Positions 30,558-40,786 are shown, counted from the stretch's first letter. The stretch: DNA of 64,000 bases from an uncultured Methanosarcinales archaeon (GCA_964647565.1 CAZYIM010000003.1:1-64000); one strand, 5' to 3'. Numbers and translations are program-made. Notes: generated from the letters alone by a model not told the origin.

Positions 30558-32441
30558 ATGAAAAGAGGCTTGTTGTTGGTGATATTTCTTGTATTTATAC
30601 TCAATTTCAGTCTTATTTCTGCAGATAAGATCTATGAAGGCTGGGTGAATTCAGGGGATACCTTTACAGTTGGCGACAATATATATAGCATTACCTCGAT
30701 ACCTCCCCAGTTTGACAGGATAATCCTAAAAAGGAACGGCAAGGGTTTTCTTATTGATTTTGAAGAATGCAAGAAAACAGACACCTATAACTATTGCTAT
30801 ACTGAGAAGAGCAATGCCTCTGACAAGACGACTATTGACGATATAGGACAATTGCAGTGGGGCTTATATATTACACTTTATGAGTATCATATACTTAATG
30901 TCTCTGTTAATAGAGTACCTACAGATGTAACTATTGATCTGGGTGAGGAAGAACTCATTACTATCACTGCAAATAATCCTAATCCGACTTATGATGGTAA
31001 GATTGTATTTCAGGAAACTCTTCCCTTTCCTCTAAAGCTGCTTTATTTTGAGGATCCTGAAGGTCTTGTGCAGGAGTTGGGTAAGAATACGATTTATTGG
31101 AGCACGACTGTTCCTGCTGGCCAGAGTAAGTCATTCAAGTACAGGTTTGAGGGTGAGGAATACGGTGGCGTTAAGATCCAGCCGGATGTCAAATGGCTTA
31201 TTCAAGGCGTGGAGTATGATATTATTATGAATCCTGTGACATATAATGTGTCCAATCCTTATGTCAATCACTATGGCCTCTCTAAATCAATATCAACAAC
31301 CTCTGCCAACATAAACCAGTTGGTGAAGTTGAGTTTTGGCCTCTCAAATAACAATCCCGAAGCTGAAATGAACTATAAGATTGAGTTTGATATACCCTCT
31401 GAGATCATCTTTGTCACTTCATCTGGCATTACCAAGGGTCTTAACACTAATGAGCCCTATGAGCAGGGCACGATTCCTGTCGGTAGTGGTAGGCTTTTTG
31501 ACGTCTATGTTAAGGCTCAGAATTCGGGTTCTTATACAGTATCATATACTCTAAGAACTGATATGATTGACAAGGAATTTGATCATGAGTACTTTAATTC
31601 TGAGGCCGGCGAATTGAGTTTCACTGTCGAACCCGCAGGCATGACTGGTACCATTACAATGCCTAAGACATCTGTTGTTGCAGGGGATAATTTTCAGTTG
31701 AAGGTCTATTTGAACAACCTGGATCCCAAAAACTCATATCATAACATTTCAGTTGATCTGGTTTCTGATTTCTTCCATGAAAACATTAATCAAGATGGAC
31801 TTTTTTCTCCAGGTAAAGTGTCTGTCCTTGAGAAGGTCTATAAGGCGCCCATTGTTGCTGAGCAGACCAACTTTCTAATCAATCTCAGTGGAAAATACTT
31901 CACTTCCAGTGGAGAGGAACTAAACATCACTGATACTGTTGCTCTTGAAGTACTGCCTATCAATCAGACCATGGTCATCTATCATCGGATCAACAAAGAC
32001 GAGTTGTATACTGGTGAGAATCTCACTGTCAAGGTGTATCTGCAGAATTATATTGAATCTTCCTTCTTCAACATCTCTGTCTGGGACAGTTTTCCAAATA
32101 ATTTTCAGGTTTTGCAGGGGTTGACAGAGGATGTGATCAGCATCCACAGCATGGAGGACAAGGAGGTATACATTTACATGCTTAGAGTGCCTGATGACTA
32201 TAATAAGTCTGAATTTATTATCAGGAGTGAGTTTGACCTGCCATCACCTCATTTTGCTGGTTTTGCAAGCACTAATGTTTCTGTCCTCCAAAGGAATATC
32301 ACTGAGCCGATTGAGAATACGACGACGACTGATGGTTCAGGAGATTACAGGCCGCCGTCAGAAACAGAAGAGGAGAAAGGCTTCTTAACAAAGGTTATTG
32401 AATGGTTCGGAGATTTCTTTAAAACCTTATTTGGTGGGTGA
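30558..32441 (+). CDS. Secreted multi-Ig-domain (DUF11/BatD-like) surface protein
   Basis: Signal peptide; repeated V.VYL.N / G....F.Y Ig units; C-terminal GFLTKVIEWFGDFFKTLFG amphipathic tail. Confidence 0.75.
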   Translation: MKRGLLLVIFLVFILNFSLISADKIYEGWVNSGDTFTVGDNIYSITSIPPQFDRIILKRNGKGFLIDFEECKKTDTYNYCYTEKSNASDKTTIDDIGQLQWGLYITLYEYHILNVSVNRVPTDVTIDLGEEELITITANNPNPTYDGKIVFQETLPFPLKLLYFEDPEGLVQELGKNTIYWSTTVPAGQSKSFKYRFEGEEYGGVKIQPDVKWLIQGVEYDIIMNPVTYNVSNPYVNHYGLSKSISTTSANINQLVKLSFGLSNNNPEAEMNYKIEFDIPSEIIFVTSSGITKGLNTNEPYEQGTIPVGSGRLFDVYVKAQNSGSYTVSYTLRTDMIDKEFDHEYFNSEAGELSFTVEPAGMTGTITMPKTSVVAGDNFQLKVYLNNLDPKNSYHNISVDLVSDFFHENINQDGLFSPGKVSVLEKVYKAPIVAEQTNFLINLSGKYFTSSGEELNITDTVALEVLPINQTMVIYHRINKDELYTGENLTVKVYLQNYIESSFFNISVWDSFPNNFQVLQGLTEDVISIHSMEDKEVYIYMLRVPDDYNKSEFIIRSEFDLPSPHFAGFASTNVSVLQRNITEPIENTTTTDGSGDYRPPSETEEEKGFLTKVIEWFGDFFKTLFGG

Positions 32442-32527
32442 ATTTAACCACCAATCAGTAGTTACAAACCGAAAGATTTATATATTAGCTCTACGTATTG
32501 GATATTACCTGGTTTCTGGAGGAAAAA

Positions 32528-33340
32528 ATGAACAAGATAGACGTACCAAAAGATGCTGCAATTCTATTGCAGATAGTACGACATTACGACAAAGCAGTGC
32601 CTTTGAATGATAAAGGTGAAAAATTAAAATTTATCCCTGGCGGCACAAAAGACCAGATGCTTGAGCTTTCTGAAGATGGAAAACTGGCCGCTTCTATGGC
32701 TACCTCTCGGAATGGTAAACATCCTATTCCAGAAGGTCTAGAATATATCTTTGCTGGAGATTCTGGATTTGTAAGAGCCTGGCAGACAAATGAGAATGGA
32801 CTTTGGGGTGCAGGATATAGTATATTTGATCCTATTGTTCATGTTGAACACGACCCTGAGGTAGGCTTGGCTGGTGCTGACTGGACCAACAAAGAGGCAT
32901 TAGACGTCTGGTCTGCATATTCTGGAAAAGAAAAGATTGCTCAGATGATGGTGCAGTTCTATGAGCAGAGAGAATCAAAAAAAGGAACACTTTTGCCTTC
33001 GATGAAAAGATCTGCTGAAGGAGTCATTGCTCAGACACATTGGGGAATAACTTCTGCAATAAAATCTGGAAAAGAAAAAAGTCTAGTCAGAATTGCAACT
33101 CATGCGCCGACCATTGATGCAGCTGCAGTGACCCTATATGGATCACTTTTTGTTGGAGATGGTCAAGTTGTTGTTGGTGAGCAACCAAATGACTTTGGTA
33201 TGGGGGACATGATCACTGGCTTTGTAGGCAAAAACCAATTACAAGAGAAAAACCCTATTGTCAATTTCAATATAGACGGTAAGGGTGTAAGCTATACCAT
33301 GGATCGTCTCTTTGAGATGGCTGGAACACCTTACATATAA
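32528..33340 (+). CDS. Divergent histidine phosphatase superfamily-like protein
   Basis: LLQIVRH, S..VRAWQT and IATH motifs in histidine-phosphatase order. Confidence 0.55.
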   Translation: MNKIDVPKDAAILLQIVRHYDKAVPLNDKGEKLKFIPGGTKDQMLELSEDGKLAASMATSRNGKHPIPEGLEYIFAGDSGFVRAWQTNENGLWGAGYSIFDPIVHVEHDPEVGLAGADWTNKEALDVWSAYSGKEKIAQMMVQFYEQRESKKGTLLPSMKRSAEGVIAQTHWGITSAIKSGKEKSLVRIATHAPTIDAAAVTLYGSLFVGDGQVVVGEQPNDFGMGDMITGFVGKNQLQEKNPIVNFNIDGKGVSYTMDRLFEMAGTPYI

Positions 33341-33366
33341 TAAGAACACTTATTCTTTTTTATCTT

Positions 33367-34593
33367 TTATATTTTTACTGCCTTGTAGATATTATGCTTT
33401 TCTCTGAGGATCTTAACCTTGACTGTACCTGAATCCTTTTTACAGTCGACAATAGTTATACACCTGTTTTTAGCAACACCTATCCTCTCGTCGTCGTAAG
33501 GGCCTGGGCAGACTATCTCTGCCTTGAGAATTTCACCCTTTCTCATAGGCCGGTCCAGCTTGCTATCCTTCATGATGCCAAAGTCCTCCTCGAGATTCAA
33601 CAGTAACCGTTCGCCTGTTTTTGTTTCATAGTCTTTAAGCAGCTGCATGAACTCATCCCAGCTTCTTTGCTTGGCAGGATTCCTTCCTTTTGCATAGTTG
33701 AGGAAGTTCTGGACACCTAATCTGGGGTAACTCTTGTTTTGTATTTTTCCAGCCAGTTTTATCAGTTTCTCTACCTGATCCTCATTGATGCCTGGTACAA
33801 TGACTGGCGCCAATAGCAGCTCAATATCTGCCCTGACACAAATGTCTATGATTTTTAAGATGTGCTTGAGAGGGTATTTGACACCACATATTTTATCGCA
33901 CAATTCTTGCTCAGTTGCATTGATTGAGAGGTTAATCCTGTCCAGACCAGCTTTTTTCAGCTCATCAATACGCTTTTCAGTCAGAAAAAGCCCGTTTGTG
34001 TCCATAGAAACGATTTTAACGCTTTTTAAGGCCTTTAAATCCTTGACCAGTAAAACCAGGTCTGCATACATAAGGGGCTCTCCTTGAGGTCCTATATGCG
34101 CCTCAACAGGATTATGCTTGGCTGCGGCCAGCTTTTCAAACTCTTGCACAAGATAGTCCTCTTCGACAACATAGTCAGTTTTCTTTCTGGTTTTAGGCCC
34201 TGAATCTACAGAACAGTATATGCAGTTGAGATTACATAGCGTGATTGGCTTAATCTCGATGCAGTTGGTGTCCCTGTCAACAAGGCCAAACTCATTGGTG
34301 CCGACGAGCGGGATAGATGAATTTTGATGGATATAGACTGTCTTGTTACCAGTAACAGAATTTTTCAGCTCTGGAAAATAGCTGTTGAGCAGCAAAGAGA
34401 ACTTGTTCTGAGCTCTTTTTTCAGTAATGTTTGGAAAAAGTATGACATTTTTCTGTTTCTCATCTAATTTGCAGCTCCCAATAGCCTCTAATTCTGCCTT
34501 GGGAATATCAAAATAGAAGTATTTCAAAAAATTAACCCGGATCATATCATCTTTTTTAGAGAACTCAAAATCCCTGAACTCTAATTTAGCCAT
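33367..34593 (-). CDS. Radical SAM protein with C-terminal TRAM-like domain
   Basis: CNLNCIYCSVD, GEPLMY, TNG, GLDRINLS; conserved archaeal architecture. Confidence 0.9.
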   Translation of the reverse strand: MAKLEFRDFEFSKKDDMIRVNFLKYFYFDIPKAELEAIGSCKLDEKQKNVILFPNITEKRAQNKFSLLLNSYFPELKNSVTGNKTVYIHQNSSIPLVGTNEFGLVDRDTNCIEIKPITLCNLNCIYCSVDSGPKTRKKTDYVVEEDYLVQEFEKLAAAKHNPVEAHIGPQGEPLMYADLVLLVKDLKALKSVKIVSMDTNGLFLTEKRIDELKKAGLDRINLSINATEQELCDKICGVKYPLKHILKIIDICVRADIELLLAPVIVPGINEDQVEKLIKLAGKIQNKSYPRLGVQNFLNYAKGRNPAKQRSWDEFMQLLKDYETKTGERLLLNLEEDFGIMKDSKLDRPMRKGEILKAEIVCPGPYDDERIGVAKNRCITIVDCKKDSGTVKVKILREKHNIYKAVKI

Positions 34594-34633
34594 AGGAAAA
34601 GAGAGCAAAGAGCTTTTTTTAAAACTTGTTAAA

Positions 34634-34749
34634 AATCACAATGCGGCCAGGCGTAGCTGACCGCGTCCCTGTACGGAGTGCGGGGTTGAGGTCAGCGGAG
34701 TAGCTCAAAAGCAAAGCTTTTGAGCGTCTGTGCCGTTAGTGTTGTGATT
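34634..34749 (+). repeat. Dispersed structured intergenic element, copy 5
   Basis: AATCACAATGC-GGCCAGGCG-GCTGACC...GGTCAGC-GGAGTA-GCTCAAAAGC/GCTTTTGAGC-GTCTGTGCC-GTTA-GTGTTGTGATT. Confidence 0.8.
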
Positions 34750-34822
34750 GTTTTCTCATTATTTATTTTCTTAACTCTGCCTTTTCAAAAATTATATAAA
34801 CCCTTTTCAAATCTTTTATCGT

Positions 34823-35755
34823 ATGGTTGATGTGAAGATAACTTACGAGACCCTATTTGATCTCCTGCGAAGGGAGCAAAGTCATGCAGAATTACAGATG
34901 CTCGACGAGAACTTTTATAATGATGTGATTAGTTACCTGAAGGAAAAACAGGCGATAATTGAGAACAAAGGTGATCAGTCTGAGTTGTTTGGGGCGTCTG
35001 AAGGTGAGAAGGTCAAGATCCAATTTGAAAATGTCAAGAAGATCATTAAAGAGTTGTACGAGAAGAGAGAGAAGAAGATTCTGCAATTGGCTCTGAATAA
35101 GGTCAGGACTGGCTCAAATATTATAGACACATCAACCCTGCTTAAGGAAGAGCAGAAGATATTTGAAGATACTGCTCTTTTGCTTTCCAGATACAAGAGT
35201 GCTATACTTGAGCGTTTGTTGAGGCTGCAGGAACCAGATCTAAATGGTGTGGCTCTACCTTCTCAGTCATCATCTATGTCGCCAACTGCTTCGCCTGCAG
35301 TGGCAGATTCTCCTGAACCTTTGTCATCTAATCTTGAACCTAAGACTGCTTCTGTCGAGGAGAAAAAAGAGCCTGAAGATGTCACATCTGCTAAACCTGA
35401 AGAAGAAACCGAACAAGACCGTGAGGCTGCAAAAGAGCCTGAGCTGCCTTTAGAACCTGAAGATGAACGGGCAAGTGAACAGGTGAGTGAACAGGTAAAG
35501 ACTGCTACAGAAGAGACTCCTGCTCAGACCGAGGCAAACCCTACAGAAAAAGAGGTGGTTGAGGAAGCTGAAGAAATTTCGGAAGAGGAGTATGCGGAGA
35601 CTAAGATTGTCAGAATCTTGTCGCCGGTGCCCAAGTTTGTAGGTAAGGAAAAAGAGATCTACGGTCCTTTTGAAGAGGATGAAGTGGCCAACCTGCCTGC
35701 AATCATTGCGGATATACTGGTCAAGAAAGGTCGTGCAGAAGAGATGCAGAAATAA
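34823..35755 (+). CDS. DNA replication complex GINS (Gins51-type) protein with long acidic linker
   Basis: ITYETLFDLLRRE...LDENFY...REKKI A-domain; C-terminal B-domain VPKFVG...YGPF...LPAIIADILVKKGRAE. Confidence 0.85.
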   Translation: MVDVKITYETLFDLLRREQSHAELQMLDENFYNDVISYLKEKQAIIENKGDQSELFGASEGEKVKIQFENVKKIIKELYEKREKKILQLALNKVRTGSNIIDTSTLLKEEQKIFEDTALLLSRYKSAILERLLRLQEPDLNGVALPSQSSSMSPTASPAVADSPEPLSSNLEPKTASVEEKKEPEDVTSAKPEEETEQDREAAKEPELPLEPEDERASEQVSEQVKTATEETPAQTEANPTEKEVVEEAEEISEEEYAETKIVRILSPVPKFVGKEKEIYGPFEEDEVANLPAIIADILVKKGRAEEMQK

Positions 35756-35757
35756 TT

Positions 35758-36468
35758 CTATCTACCAACATTTATACTGAAACTATAAGATGCGCAAGGA
35801 CCTTTTCTATTAGCTAGCGGTGGTCCGCCAGAAGCGAATTGCACGTCAGAACAAGGCCCGGTGGAATATTGATTTTTTGGGTCTTTTGGCTTTCCATCAC
35901 AACTAATGACGCAACCGTTGACAGTAGCATCTGAAGACCCACGGTATCCTCCACTATCCCGACCTATGACTATTTGCATATCTACCCATTCTTTATCCCA
36001 AAAGTTTTGGATATTTCTATTCAACCTGCCCATTCCATGATCTCGACAGATCTCTACACCGACATACATATTGTTCCATTCAATTGGAAGCTGTTTGTTG
36101 CCTTTCTCAAATTCCAACCCGTTCTCTTTGGCCAACTGGCTGTCTGCAACATCTGTTGTCTCTTTTAGGTATTCCTGGACTGTGCCGTTGGCTATAAGCT
36201 CTGCTGCATTATAAAGCTTGCATTGGTCTTTGTATGAGGCTCCTGCAACCACGAGTGTGCCTGAGCTTTCTGAGGCTTTTCTTATCTTTTCGACGAGTTC
36301 ATCCATTCTTTCCTTTTTCATGACTCCTTTCTCTGCTAGGGCGAATTCAGGGGTCACGATTAGGTCATATTTGCCCATGTTGTTCAGAATTAATTCTAGG
36401 AATTTGTCGACGTCAGATCCAGTTGGATCTGTGCTCAGTTCAATTGCTAATAGGCTTATGTCCTTCAT
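35758..36468 (-). CDS. Carbon-nitrogen hydrolase (nitrilase superfamily)
   Basis: DLIVTPEF, LYNAA, YLK and GVEICRD give an E-K-C triad. Confidence 0.75.
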   Translation of the reverse strand: MKDISLLAIELSTDPTGSDVDKFLELILNNMGKYDLIVTPEFALAEKGVMKKERMDELVEKIRKASESSGTLVVAGASYKDQCKLYNAAELIANGTVQEYLKETTDVADSQLAKENGLEFEKGNKQLPIEWNNMYVGVEICRDHGMGRLNRNIQNFWDKEWVDMQIVIGRDSGGYRGSSDATVNGCVISCDGKPKDPKNQYSTGPCSDVQFASGGPPLANRKGPCASYSFSINVGR

Positions 36469-36513
36469 AGGTATTTTATTGATTTTCAACTATATAAATG
36501 TTTTGTTTTTTAT

Positions 36514-37403
36514 GGTTGTGTAGAAAAAGTTAAATACCCCAACAGCCGTGAGACTGTGTGGGGAGGGAATCGAGGTACCGATTCCCATGAAAAAGAAAAA
36601 AGAACAACTGAAATATAAACTTTACCAACAATTGCGCCATGTTGGCGCACCAAAATGGTTTCATCATTTTGGCCCAAAGAAATTTAGGTTGTTTGAGTTG
36701 GTTCTGGGTTTGGCTGTTCGTGCACGTTATTGTTTGAGTTATCGTCGTGCAGCCAGGTTTTTGAGCGAGGATTATGACCTTGATTTGCATTGGACAACCT
36801 TGCAGAAAGCTGCTGCAAGATTGCCTGTCAGTCTTTGGCAAGCTGTGCTTGCCAGCCTTGCTCCTGATGAGTGTTTTTCTGGAGCAGTTGACGCTAGTGG
36901 TTTTAACACAACAAATCCGAGCCACCATTATCTTCGTAGGATTAATGGTTCTTTGCCTAGATGTCCTGTAAAGCTGAGTGTTCTTGTCGATACTGACTCA
37001 AGAAAAATTCTTAGCGCAAGGATTCGTGCTAAACCTAGACACGACATACTGGACGTGCCCAGTCTTATCAGACAAAGTCCGGCAAAGCCATGGCAGCTTT
37101 TGATGGACAAAGGTTATGACTCTGAAAAGCTTCATGCTTTTCTCGACGAGAAAAGCATTTGGAGCGTAGCTCCAACCAGAAAAGATTGTAAGCGAGGAAG
37201 ACACAGGCGAGTCTTACGAGACCATTTTCCTAAAGGTGAGTATGGCTACAGAAACATAGTTGAAACCGTGTTTATGCGCCTAAAAAAACTCTTTGGAGGC
37301 TACGTTCGTAGCCATAAGGCTCGCCCCATGCGAGCAGAAATATATATGAGACTAATCATGTACAACATGATTGTCTGGCACACCAGACATTTTCTACACA
37401 ACC
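36514..37403 (+). mobile_element. IS5-family insertion sequence, 890 bp
   Basis: 17-bp TIRs GGTTGTGTAGAAAAAGT / ACATTTTCTACACAACC (1 mismatch); 9-bp direct repeats GTTTTTTAT at 36505-36513 and 37404-37412. Confidence 0.92.
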
Positions 37404-37504
37404 GTTTTTTATCACTGTTGAGTGGCATACTTCACTCCTTAGTATTTAAACATAACCTTTTTAAATACCCAACTTTTCCTAGCGTCTATTATGAAAAAGC
37501 CTAA
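36548..37504 (+). CDS. IS5-family DDE transposase
   Basis: AVDASGF, MDKGYDSE, YGYRNIVETVFMRLK. Confidence 0.92.
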   Translation: MRLCGEGIEVPIPMKKKKEQLKYKLYQQLRHVGAPKWFHHFGPKKFRLFELVLGLAVRARYCLSYRRAARFLSEDYDLDLHWTTLQKAAARLPVSLWQAVLASLAPDECFSGAVDASGFNTTNPSHHYLRRINGSLPRCPVKLSVLVDTDSRKILSARIRAKPRHDILDVPSLIRQSPAKPWQLLMDKGYDSEKLHAFLDEKSIWSVAPTRKDCKRGRHRRVLRDHFPKGEYGYRNIVETVFMRLKKLFGGYVRSHKARPMRAEIYMRLIMYNMIVWHTRHFLHNRFLSLLSGILHSLVFKHNLFKYPTFPSVYYEKA

Positions 37505-37802
37505 GACCATAAAAAGACATTGCCCATTTTGCAAGAAACATACAGAGCATAAGGTAATGCTAGCTAAAAAGAAGGCTAAAAGTAGTGCTCATCCTCTTTC
37601 ATTTGGTTCTAAGAAGAAGACCATGATGAGAGGCGAATGGCGAGGTCATGGCAACCTTGGAAAATACTCTAAGCCGCCTAAACCTAAGATGGTCGGCAAA
37701 AAGCTTTCTAAAAAGACTGATTTTAGGTACACCTGTGCCATCTGTAAAAAAACCCATATGCAGTCGCAAGGCATAAGGGCTAAAAAAGTTGAACTGGTTT
37801 AA
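37491..37802 (+). CDS. rpl44e: 50S ribosomal protein L44e
   Basis: CPFCKKHTEH...KKTDFRYTCAICKK. Confidence 0.93.
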   Translation: MKKPKTIKRHCPFCKKHTEHKVMLAKKKAKSSAHPLSFGSKKKTMMRGEWRGHGNLGKYSKPPKPKMVGKKLSKKTDFRYTCAICKKTHMQSQGIRAKKVELV

Positions 37803-38740
37803 AGCTCACTCTTCTTTTTAAGATAATTCTCAATCCTTATTTTGTGGGCCTCTATTGTGATTATAGATTGATCCAAAGACTTGATATTTGCGTCTTTCAG
37901 ATGTGTTAGAGCCAGATTATAATAATTCAGGCTTTCCTTAAAGTCTTCAATCTTTGGTGCTACCTTGTTATAGATTATGCCCAGGTTCCTGTTTGTCCAG
38001 GACTTGGCCTTCACTTCATTTGATTTTAACTCTCTTTTTGCCTCTATTGGCTTGAAATCATCTAAGAGTTTTTGGTATCCTTGGATGACTATATTGAAAT
38101 CCTGCAGTATTTTTGGTCCATCAAATTGTACCTTATAACTATTATTTGGATGAGCTTTTTGTGTCAGCTTATCATGACAGTTGTTTTGATGGTATCTGAA
38201 CAGCAATTGCTTGGGATATTGTACAACTAGTTGATCCAGATAGACCAGGGAATTTCCATAATCCTTTGCCCTGTAAAATTTGTCTGCGATTTTCCTTCTT
38301 GTAGTCCAAAGCCTGTTCTTAAGACCAAGAGTTTGTGGATTGATAGCTATTGCAGCCTCATAAATCTTCTCAGCCTCTTCAAACAGCTTTCTGTTGTAAA
38401 ATGTATGACCCTTGAACATGATCAGTTTGGGATCATCTTGCTTATACTCGTCTAAAAGTCGTTGGAATGCTTTCTCAGCTTCAGCAAACTTCTCAGCCTT
38501 GTAATGCGTCTGGGCAAGCATCTCTAAAAATGGCACCTCGTAGTCTGCATAGTCGTCAGGATTGGTCTTTATAGCCTGCTCAAGATTCTCGACCTTTTTC
38601 TCATAGGTTGTTGCTGTTTTTGCAGCTTCAAAATAGCCATATGCCACCCGTTTTGGGTCCTGTCCCTGCTGTTGTGCAAAACTCGCAGTACTTAATGTCA
38701 ATATGCTAAATAAGGTAATCAGTCCAGTCTTTAATCTCAT
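37799..38740 (-). CDS. Secreted tetratricopeptide-repeat protein
   Basis: Signal peptide MRLKTGL...ASFA; TPR-like helices (LAQTHYKAEKFAEAEKAFQRLL; GHTFYNRKLFEEAEKIYEAAIAINP). Confidence 0.8.
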   Translation of the reverse strand: MRLKTGLITLFSILTLSTASFAQQQGQDPKRVAYGYFEAAKTATTYEKKVENLEQAIKTNPDDYADYEVPFLEMLAQTHYKAEKFAEAEKAFQRLLDEYKQDDPKLIMFKGHTFYNRKLFEEAEKIYEAAIAINPQTLGLKNRLWTTRRKIADKFYRAKDYGNSLVYLDQLVVQYPKQLLFRYHQNNCHDKLTQKAHPNNSYKVQFDGPKILQDFNIVIQGYQKLLDDFKPIEAKRELKSNEVKAKSWTNRNLGIIYNKVAPKIEDFKESLNYYNLALTHLKDANIKSLDQSIITIEAHKIRIENYLKKKSEL

Positions 38741-38894
38741 GAATACCACCTCCTACTCTCCAAAACTGCATTGTTTATATAAAAATTTTTCATAGTGATA
38801 CTATTGTTGTATATAGATATAAGTTCTCCTAAATTCAACCAATAGTTTTTTAAATCCATTCCTTTTCTCCTCTTTAAAGTTGGAGGTAGATGAT

Positions 38895-39077
38895 ATGCAA
38901 TCAAAAGATCCAGATTCAAAGTTCATAAAGTTAAGATGTTCAAAGTGCAAGAACGAGCAGATCGTATTCGGCAAATCCGCATCAATTGTGAAATGCCTGG
39001 TATGTGAGAAAGTGCTTGCAGAGCCTACTGGCGGCAAGACAAAGGTCAAGGCAAGAGTACTAGAGGTACTGGAATAA
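38895..39077 (+). CDS. rps27e: 30S ribosomal protein S27e
   Basis: SKFIKLRCSKCKNEQIVF...CLVC...LAEPTGGK. Confidence 0.96.
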   Translation: MQSKDPDSKFIKLRCSKCKNEQIVFGKSASIVKCLVCEKVLAEPTGGKTKVKARVLEVLE

Positions 39078-39078
39078 A

Positions 39079-39855
39079 ATGCTTTTTCGTAAAGAGGGTT
39101 TTCCTGAAGAAGATTCCCTGGTATTATGTACAGTAACCAATATACAATATAATTCTGTTTTCGCTAGATTGAATGCTTATGGCAAGCAGGGCATGATCCA
39201 TATATCTGAAGTCAGTCCTGGAAGGATAAGAAACATCAGGGATTTTGTCAAGGAAGGTAAGATCGTAGTTTGTAAGGTCCTGAGGATTAATACTGAGAGA
39301 GGACATATTGATCTTTCTTTGAGAAGGGTCAACGAATCTCAGAGGAGAAACACCCTTAGCGATATGAAACAAGAGATGAAAGCAGAAAAGATCTTAAGTA
39401 TCTTTGCAGAAAAAAATAAACAGCCGGTAGAGGCTTTCTACAAACAAGTCTCTGAGGTCTTACTTGAACATTACGATTATATTTTTCAGGCTTTCGAGGA
39501 TGTAGTTGAGAATAACCAATCTTTGGTAAAGCTTGGCTTGAATAAAGAGATTGGTGAAAAACTTGAGGAACTGGTAAAAGAGAAGATCAAGCCAAAACAG
39601 ATCGAGATTACAGGCGATATAAAAATATCATGTTATGTTGAGGACGGTATCAATGTTGTTAAGGAGGCGCTTCTTGCTGCTGAGGGTGTGGGCAAGAATT
39701 TAACTATTAGATATCTAGGCGCCGGTACTTATAAGGTTGAAGTAATTGATAAGGAATATAAACCTGCCGAGAAGCTCTTGAAGCAGGCCATTGACAAAGC
39801 CCAGGCTATTGTTGAGGCCAAAAAGGGCGTGTTTGAATTTAAACGTACTGATTAA
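39079..39855 (+). CDS. eif2a: Translation initiation factor aIF-2 alpha subunit
   Basis: S1 domain GMIHISEVSPGRIRNIRD...GHIDLSLRRV; conserved synteny. Confidence 0.95.
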   Translation: MLFRKEGFPEEDSLVLCTVTNIQYNSVFARLNAYGKQGMIHISEVSPGRIRNIRDFVKEGKIVVCKVLRINTERGHIDLSLRRVNESQRRNTLSDMKQEMKAEKILSIFAEKNKQPVEAFYKQVSEVLLEHYDYIFQAFEDVVENNQSLVKLGLNKEIGEKLEELVKEKIKPKQIEITGDIKISCYVEDGINVVKEALLAAEGVGKNLTIRYLGAGTYKVEVIDKEYKPAEKLLKQAIDKAQAIVEAKKGVFEFKRTD

Positions 39856-39857
39856 GA

Positions 39858-40028
39858 ATGCTTCATATTTTAAAATGCAAGAAATGTGGCAGTTATGGGC
39901 TTTCTGATAAATGCTCATGCAGTGGGGAAAGGGTCAGTCCTAAGCCTCCAAAGTATAGTCCAGAAGATAAATACGGTAAGTATCGAAGAAAGTATAAGGA
40001 GATGGTCAAGGATGAAGTGGGACTTTAA
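39858..40028 (+). CDS. nop10: H/ACA RNP protein Nop10
   Basis: Manual translation MLHILKCKKCGSYGLSDKCSC...PPKYSPEDKYGKYRR. Confidence 0.92.
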   Translation: MLHILKCKKCGSYGLSDKCSCSGERVSPKPPKYSPEDKYGKYRRKYKEMVKDEVGL

Positions 40029-40785
40029 TCGGATGAAAGCGTTTAATATGACGAACTGCGTACTTATGGAGGGTCTTCCAGGTCTAGGTAATGTAGGCAA
40101 GATTTCAGTTGATTTCTTGATAGATGAGCTAAAGGCTGAAAAAGTCGTCGACATTTTCTCTCACCATCTTCCCAATTCTGTCTTTGTGAATGAGAATAAT
40201 CTTATCGAGCTTCCTAAGATCGAGATCTATATGAAAAAGATCAAGAACCGGAACTATCTTTTCTTGGCAGGTGATGTCCAGCCAATCGAGGAAGTGGCAT
40301 CATATCAGTTTGCAGAGGCATTGCTTGATTTCCTGCAGAACCAGGGTGTCAAAGAGATAGTGACACTTGGAGGTATTGGTCTTGATCATGTACCTAAACA
40401 ACCCAAAATATATGTCACTGGCAACTCAAAGCAGTTCCTGGCCAAGTTCAAGGTCTTGAAAGTGAAGAGTCGGGTTCATGGTATAGTTGGGCCCATAGTC
40501 GGCATATCAGGTATCTTACTTGGGCTTGCAAAAAAAAGGGAGATTAATGCAGCTGCTTTACTTTCTGAAACTTATGCTCATCCGATGTTCATAGGCCTAA
40601 AAGGTGCCAGGGAGATGGTCAAGGTCTTAAACAGGGCATATGATTTTGATATTTCTTTGAAGAATATGAACAAGGACATCAAAAGCTTTGAAAGGAACAT
40701 TAGGGATGAACTTGCTAATAAAAAATCCCCTCCGAGGATGCTTACCAAGTTTAGAAAGCATGATGTCATGAACTATATCGGGTAA
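40012..40785 (+). CDS. PAC2 family (proteasome assembly chaperone) protein
   Basis: EGLPGLGNVGKISVDFLI, GDVQP, IVTLGGIG; follows nop10 as in other archaea. Confidence 0.9.
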   Translation: MKWDFNRMKAFNMTNCVLMEGLPGLGNVGKISVDFLIDELKAEKVVDIFSHHLPNSVFVNENNLIELPKIEIYMKKIKNRNYLFLAGDVQPIEEVASYQFAEALLDFLQNQGVKEIVTLGGIGLDHVPKQPKIYVTGNSKQFLAKFKVLKVKSRVHGIVGPIVGISGILLGLAKKREINAAALLSETYAHPMFIGLKGAREMVKVLNRAYDFDISLKNMNKDIKSFERNIRDELANKKSPPRMLTKFRKHDVMNYIG

Positions 40786-40786
40786 A

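Noticed and set aside
39886..40011. Extended N-terminus of the PAC2 ORF
   Set aside because: This region encodes Nop10 in another frame; the PAC2 start is better placed at ATG 40012
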